A DNA stretch of 64,000 nucleotides from Octopus sinensis (taxonomy: Eukaryota). Under the pieces are notes generated by a model. The model was not told the origin of the DNA. It made no database searches and saw only the letters and a list, made by a program, of their open reading frames with translations. Positions 57,651-64,000 of this stretch are shown here, in pieces (positions within the stretch are counted from its first letter, which is position 1; the number at the start of each line of letters is the position of its first letter). The position numbers were made by a program, and so were the translations under genes. The stretch is from NCBI RefSeq assembly GCF_006345805.1, contig NC_043006.1, forward strand, positions 14,508,001 through 14,572,000, read 5' to 3'.

Positions 57651-57980
57651 AATTATTGTATACAGTGCTCAGGTGCACCACAACTTGTCAGAAAGTGCAT
57701 ATAAAGTACATGCAGTAATGTAGAAATGTCTGGAAAGCGAACAATGTATGAGTCAGATACATGCTTGTGTGTGTATGGAGGGGAGAAAATCAAGTGTAGT
57801 GTTGGCGAATCTCAGGAAGCATGGAAGTTTTGAAGGATGCAGTGCTCCGACAACTAACAACCGATGCCGGCAGTTTGTTCCATGCTTCAGCAACTCTCAG
57901 CGTGAAAAAATGTTTCCTGAAGTCATGGGAGCTGTGCTGTTTTCTTACTTTGTAAATATGTCCACGGGTGTTAGATGGGT
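57628..57980 (-). mobile_element. CR1-clade LINE 3' fragment with (ATT)n tail
   Basis: Same family as 8492 and 15820. Confidence 0.8.
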
Positions 57981-58365
57981 GATGTGTGCGTGTGTCTATA
58001 TTTGGATATTTGTTTATTTTTATGACTTTTAAAATCTGTATTTGTATTATTATCTTATCTATTGATTTATATAATATTTTTTAATGATTTTGATGTTCTC
58101 ATTTGTAAAATGAATAAAAAATCCAACATTATAATATCCGTAAGTTGATGAACAAACCAAATTTGTTTCTCCATTTTCTTATTTGTATTATAAATTTACG
58201 GTAAAAATATTTCTTTACCTTCACCAGTTTAATACAATAAATGACTTAATTGCATTGCAATTAAAAACATTTATGTATTAAGAATTTGGGTACTTTACCA
58301 ACAGTATATTGGATAAATGACATCCCATAGTGGGTTACACCCATAACCCCTATCTTACTTTGTAT

Positions 58366-58394
<29 letters not shown>

Positions 58395-58397
<3 letters not shown>

Positions 58398-58765
58398 CAA
58401 GAAACAAGTTAAAAATAATGGCCATTAAATATTTTTCCTTTATTGGAGCAAATTTGGCTTACAGTTGTTTCCAGTTGTCATTATAGGTACATTACTGATA
58501 AGTTTACTCAACTGGTCTATTGATCAGCTGAGGAAAATTGAACAACCTAAGAAGAGGTTCCCTTCATCAGAACCATTTCTGTTTATCACAATCAGAGCTC
58601 ATGTATTGTGTCAACATTCATTTTCTTAGGTCGTTTTATTTTCCTCAATTGATCAATAGACTAATTAAGTAAACCTATCAGTAATATACCGATAATGACT
58701 ACTGGAAACAGCAATTAGCCAAATTTGTTCCAAGAAACGATTATTTTAAACTTGTTTCTTATATA
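58395..58765. repeat. Diverged inverted repeat with degenerate hammerhead motif (58456-58574, minus)
   Basis: aagaaacaagtt...aatttggcttacagttgtttccagt...cctaagaa versus ttcttagg...actggaaacagcaattagccaaatt...aacttgtttctt. Confidence 0.65.
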
Positions 58766-58808
58766 TCAATCTGTGAAAATCAGTTTGTCTAGAGCCCATC
58801 CGTGGATT

Positions 58809-59337
58809 TACAATATAGAATTGTGATAAACAATAACTTTGGACCCTACCACAGCCATTAGAGGGTTTATGAAATATTTTGCCCGGATTGATAATCCCTC
58901 ACTATTTGTTTTGTTGACCACGTGTGTATTGTTGGCGATTTTCTTTCTCCGTCTTCCCTTCCTTGGACTTTTCCTTTTTCTATGTTTCTGACGAAGAGCT
59001 CTGTTCGAAACGTTAAATCCTTCTTCTTTCTTTCCTTTCCTGAGCGTCCAATAATACTATACTTGTTCCATGTCCTCGCATTGTTGCGTTTTCTCTTTGT
59101 TCATGTTTGGATTAACTATATATATATATATGTACATATATATATAGTTAATCCAAACATGAACAAAGAGAAAACAAGTCCAAGGAAGGGAAGACGGAGA
59201 AAGAAAATTGCCAACGATACACACGCGGTCAACAAAACAAATAGTGAGGGATTATCAATCCAGGCAAAATATTTCATAAACCCTCTAATGGCTGTGGTAG
59301 GGTCCAAAGTTATTGTTCATCACAATTCTATATTGTA
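58809..59337. mobile_element. Penelope-like terminal-repeat remnants in inverted arrangement around (TA)n
   Basis: 58809-59117 and 59146-59337 are inverted copies. The left arm holds a hammerhead motif that is deleted from the right arm. Confidence 0.7.
58984..59018 (+). ncRNA. Minimal hammerhead ribozyme motif with palindromic AACGUU stem III
   Basis: GUUU CUGACGA A GAGC ucu GUUC GAAACGUU AAAU. Mutated family copies at 3722-3756(-) and 48090-48124(-). Confidence 0.65.
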
Positions 59338-59339
59338 GC

Positions 59340-59620
59340 CGCAGATGGGCTCTAGACAAACGCAGCAAGTATAGATGGGCTGGACACATCGGCTGGCTCA
59401 CCGATAATCGGTGGACGCATGCAGTTGTCGAGTGGTACCCGCGTGAGCGGAAAAGACCACCCGGAAGACCTCCACGACGGTGGAGTGACGATTTCAAGAG
59501 GACGATTGGGATCACGTGGATGAGAAAGGTGCAATCCAGAGAGGAGTGGATAGCGTGCTGTGACCAGCGGTGTCAAATGGATGCCTGACGGACTGGTCGG
59601 TCAAAGTGATCAAAGTGATA
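59340..59620 (+). mobile_element. RTE-clade LINE 3' terminal fragment
   Basis: KYRWAGHIGWLTDNRWTHAVVEWYPRERKRPPGRPPRRWSDDF, a typical RTE ORF2 C-terminus, then a short tail tcaaagtga x2. Confidence 0.85.
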
Positions 59621-59989
59621 TATATGTACATATGCATGCATATACAGACACCCACTTAGCAATTTTCCAGAACTTTAAAGATATTTTTGCTAAAATATAT
59701 TTCATTGTTTATTTTAATTGAGAATATTAATTTCTTTTCAATTAACCTAGACTATTTGAAGAAAATATATCATGCTATTTAATGATATTAAATTAATTGT
59801 CAAAATAAGCCAGCTATTAATTTTAATTAAGCATTAATTACTCTTAGAAATATTGCAATTTGATAGATGCATACATTTAAAGAGTGAGATTGATAGACAA
59901 ATAGACTGACAGGTAGACAGATAAACTGATAGATATACAGACACATAGATAGGTATATAGATGGAGAGACAGACAAATTGATAGACATC

Positions 59990-60570
<581 letters not shown>

Positions 60571-60788
60571 ATTCTTAAAATATCCTCTTCAAATATTCGA
60601 GCAAAATACCACTGCTGTCCATAAATAATACAGTGATTTATAAATGAGAAGAAATTAAATTAAGTTTCACTGATAAAAAAAACAATTTCTGGGGTGGGTG
60701 ATGATGATGATATAACTGGTCTTCCATACTTGAACGTCCAGTGCCGATTCTGCAATCGTGACGTTATTTCCCACAAAGTCTCCGTGAA

Positions 60789-60975
60789 TTAAATGTCAGC
60801 AGAAAGGCAATCTTCACTCTTGGTAAGTTTTATTCCATCTAAATAAATAATTACGATGATAATTCTAGCAATAGGTACAATATATATATTTTTTATTTAT
60901 GCACAGATATTCATCTGTTTATATTTTAATGCTTAATTGTCTAAATCTGCGAAAAAAAATCTGCTTCTGCCTTAG

Positions 60976-61019
<44 letters not shown>

Positions 61020-61347
61020 GTATGTATATAATTTATTTGAAGCAATGTATTCCGATTGCGAAATAGTTCAGAGTCTCTGTTTAATGAATAAAAGACCACC
61101 TCTGGTTATTTGGGTGTAATTTTATGTTCACATCTATTTTTTTTCCCCTTTAAATTTTGGTTATAAGACACTCCTCAGTCGCTGCTTGCCTTCTCTGTAC
61201 CTCAACCAGACCCTTGTATTCTTTATATATATACACACACAGACGTGCATGTATGTATATATATATATATATATATATAAATATATATATATGTGTGTAT
61301 ATATATACATGTATATATATATATGTGTGTGTATATGTACAGGTATT

Positions 61348-61387
<40 letters not shown>

Positions 61388-61514
61388 ATATATATATGTG
61401 TATATATATACATGTATTTATATATATATATATATGTGTGTGTATATATATATACATGTATATATATATGTATATAAATATATATGTATATATGTGTGTG
61501 GTATAGATATATAG

Positions 61515-61545
<31 letters not shown>

Positions 61546-62303
61546 TTATATATATATGTGTGTGTGTGTATGTATGTATATATATATATGTGTGTGTGTG
61601 TATGTATGTATATATATATACATGTGTGTGTGTATGTATATATATTATATATATCTATATATATATATATATATACAGTACTTTCAAATCGTTCCTGTCT
61701 ATGAAAGCCTGAAAAAAAAAGAGAAAAAAGAGTTTATAAGAGAATGAGATTACAGAAGTTATTTCTCTTCTTCAAAGTATTATTATTGGTGAGAGGAAGT
61801 GAATCTTATTTATATATGGAAAAAAAAAACAACCCATCAATGACAAATAATATCTCTCCTCCCAGAACAAAACATTAAAATAAATAAAACAAGAAAAAAA
61901 CACCAACTAATTACTATAATAAGGTGTAAACATTAACCATAGTTTTTTACCTGCAAAAAAAAAAAAAAAAGAAAAGAAAAGATATAATCAAACGAAAAGG
62001 TGTGGTTGCAGTCTTTGTTCCTGAGGTTTCATTGGAAGTGATTGTTGCATTTAATCAACTTTATAAACAATTATGAAACTCACATTAATACAATATCGTC
62101 AATTACAGTTATTACAATATTGTAATGATATCTTAGATCCTTCCTCTTTACACCTTATTTGTTATTATTATTATATGTAACAGCATAATTTCTTTCATTG
62201 ATGTTACATAAACATTTATTGATGTTTTTTTATTGCATTGTAGCTTGGGAAAAATTATAAACTAAAAGAAGTCGATTTGCTCAGCAATCTCCACCTTCTT
62301 TAC
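60789..62303 (-). other. Possible terminal exon(s) of an unidentified minus-strand gene entering from beyond the window
   Basis: Acceptor-like sites at 62304-62306, 61951-61953 (strong poly-T tract) and 60839-60841, each followed by a short phase-1 frame ending in a stop. AATAAA signals near 62215-62235. Confidence 0.25.
61220..61678. repeat. Compound (TA)n/(TG)n microsatellite
   Basis: Read directly from the sequence. Confidence 0.95.
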
Positions 62304-62461
62304 CTGTAATGTCAATTAAATTTTAGTAAATCATCAGTAATGATCTACGATGTCTGTACTATATATAGTCTATGTTTATATATATATATATATATAGGTC
62401 CCGGGTTGAGTCGGGGTTAACCACAGTAAATAAGGTACTCAATACATGGCAGAGTAAATTA

Positions 62462-62590
62462 ATTTATTTTATAGAAGGAGCTTCTACAGGACTAGAACTG
62501 TTTCATTCAAATGAAATCATCAGGAAGCCTGATGATTTCATTTGAATGAAACAGTTCTAGTCCTGTAGAAGCTCCTTCTATAAAATAAAT
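62462..62590. repeat. Perfect inverted repeat, 63-bp arms, 3-nt loop
   Basis: 62462-62524 is the exact reverse complement of 62528-62590. Confidence 0.97.
62480..62528 (-). ncRNA. Type I hammerhead ribozyme motif (Penelope-type)
   Basis: GCUUC CUGAUGA uuucauuugaau GAA ACAG uucuaguc CUGU A GAAGC: stem I 5 bp, stem III 4 bp, GUA cleavage triplet, weak stem II. Confidence 0.7.
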
Positions 62591-63036
62591 AAATATATAT
62601 ATATATAACACATATAGACTATATATATGCTTAAACACATATAGGCTATATACACCTATATGTCTATCAATATACACGTAATGTTTTCGTATTCTGTTTC
62701 TGATTGTTTTCTTGTAATTGTTTATTAAAGCTAATATTTAAAAAAAATAAAATATGAAATTAACGTGTAAACAACAAGTATTTTGTAATTTGCTGCTATA
62801 AAGAAAATTGATAGTCTTGTCTTTAATAACATCGCAGTATTTTGGCCAGTGCAATAGACACATACACACACACTTATAGCTGTAATACATGTAGACAACA
62901 GTGAAGAAAATTGATAGATTTTATAGTCCTGTAGTCTTGATGTGTGTAAAATTAATTAATTAACTAGTAATCAATAGTTTCACCAAGTTGAATTCGGCAT
63001 GAAAAGGGACCATTTCTCGGTAAACTTAAGTAATAT

Positions 63037-63227
63037 TTTATAATTAGGTGTTCAGCAAAGATTTGCTCTACCACATACCGAAGTTTAGAAATAGCAGCCA
63101 GAGAGAGAGAGAGACTTAGCTATTTCCTTTTTTGTCCGGGAATCTCTTTTTTAAAGTAGAGGAAATAGCTGCTATTTCTAAACTTCGGTATGTGGTAAAG
63201 CAAATCTTTGCTGAACCCTAATTATAA
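63037..63227. mobile_element. MITE with ~60-bp terminal inverted repeats
   Basis: ttataattaggtgttcagcaaagatttgctctaccacataccgaagtttagaaatagcagc ... gctgctatttctaaacttcggtatgtggtaaagcaaatctttgctgaaccctaattataa. Confidence 0.75.
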
Positions 63228-63237
63228 TACACACACA

Positions 63238-63268
<31 letters not shown>

Positions 63269-63388
63269 TCACACACACACACACACACCACACACCACAT
63301 ATGTTATATGTATATATATATATATATCTATATATATATATATATACCAATAATAAATATCAATTTTTTACCCTAAATTAATTTTATG

Positions 63389-63442
<54 letters not shown>

Positions 63443-63783
63443 GTAATATATACTATATATATATATATATATATATAGAATGTAATATATATATATATAT
63501 ATATAATGTATATATATATATATATATATATAATAAAATTAATATTATATATATTATATATATAATGTATATTATATATATATATAATGTATATATAATA
63601 TATATATATATAATGTATATATGTATATATATATATATTAAGTATATATGTAATATATATATATATAATGTATATATGTATATATATATATATATAATGT
63701 ATATATGTATATATTATATATATAATGTATATATGTATAATATAATATCTATAATGTATATGTATATATATATATATAATGTA

Positions 63784-63828
<45 letters not shown>

Positions 63829-64000
63829 GTTATATATATAATATATATGTATATATATGATATCTTATGTATATATATGTAATATATATGTATATATATA
63901 TATATATATATGTAATATATATATATATATGTATATATATATATTATATATATATATATATAATATATGTATATATATTAATATATGTATTATATATGTA
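63228..64000. repeat. (CA)n followed by a long degenerate (TA)n tract
   Basis: Read directly from the sequence. Confidence 0.95.

Overview
AT-rich, repeat-dense eukaryotic DNA, almost certainly from an octopus or other coleoid cephalopod (inferred from the SINE/LINE families and microsatellite load). None of the supplied ORFs is a complete host gene. Manual splicing reveals two complete four-exon genes arranged head-to-head: NDUFA7 (minus strand, 20359-31938, 113 aa) and RPS28 (plus strand, 32575-37004, 67 aa). This is the same divergent pair as in human. Their ~600-bp shared promoter holds a large CpG-rich inverted repeat built from a motif found only around the promoter. The rest is mobile DNA: tRNA-derived SINEs, RTE- and CR1-type LINE 3' fragments, non-autonomous Helitrons, MITEs, and Penelope-type terminal-repeat remnants carrying about ten minimal hammerhead ribozyme motifs, one inside a perfect 63-bp palindrome. 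Other highlights are a 41-copy 65-bp satellite expanded inside one retroelement 3' UTR, a 5'-inverted RTE insertion resembling twin priming, and possible terminal exons of a further gene near 60.8-62.3 kb. Repeat boundaries are approximate, and family names come from motif recognition, not database searches.
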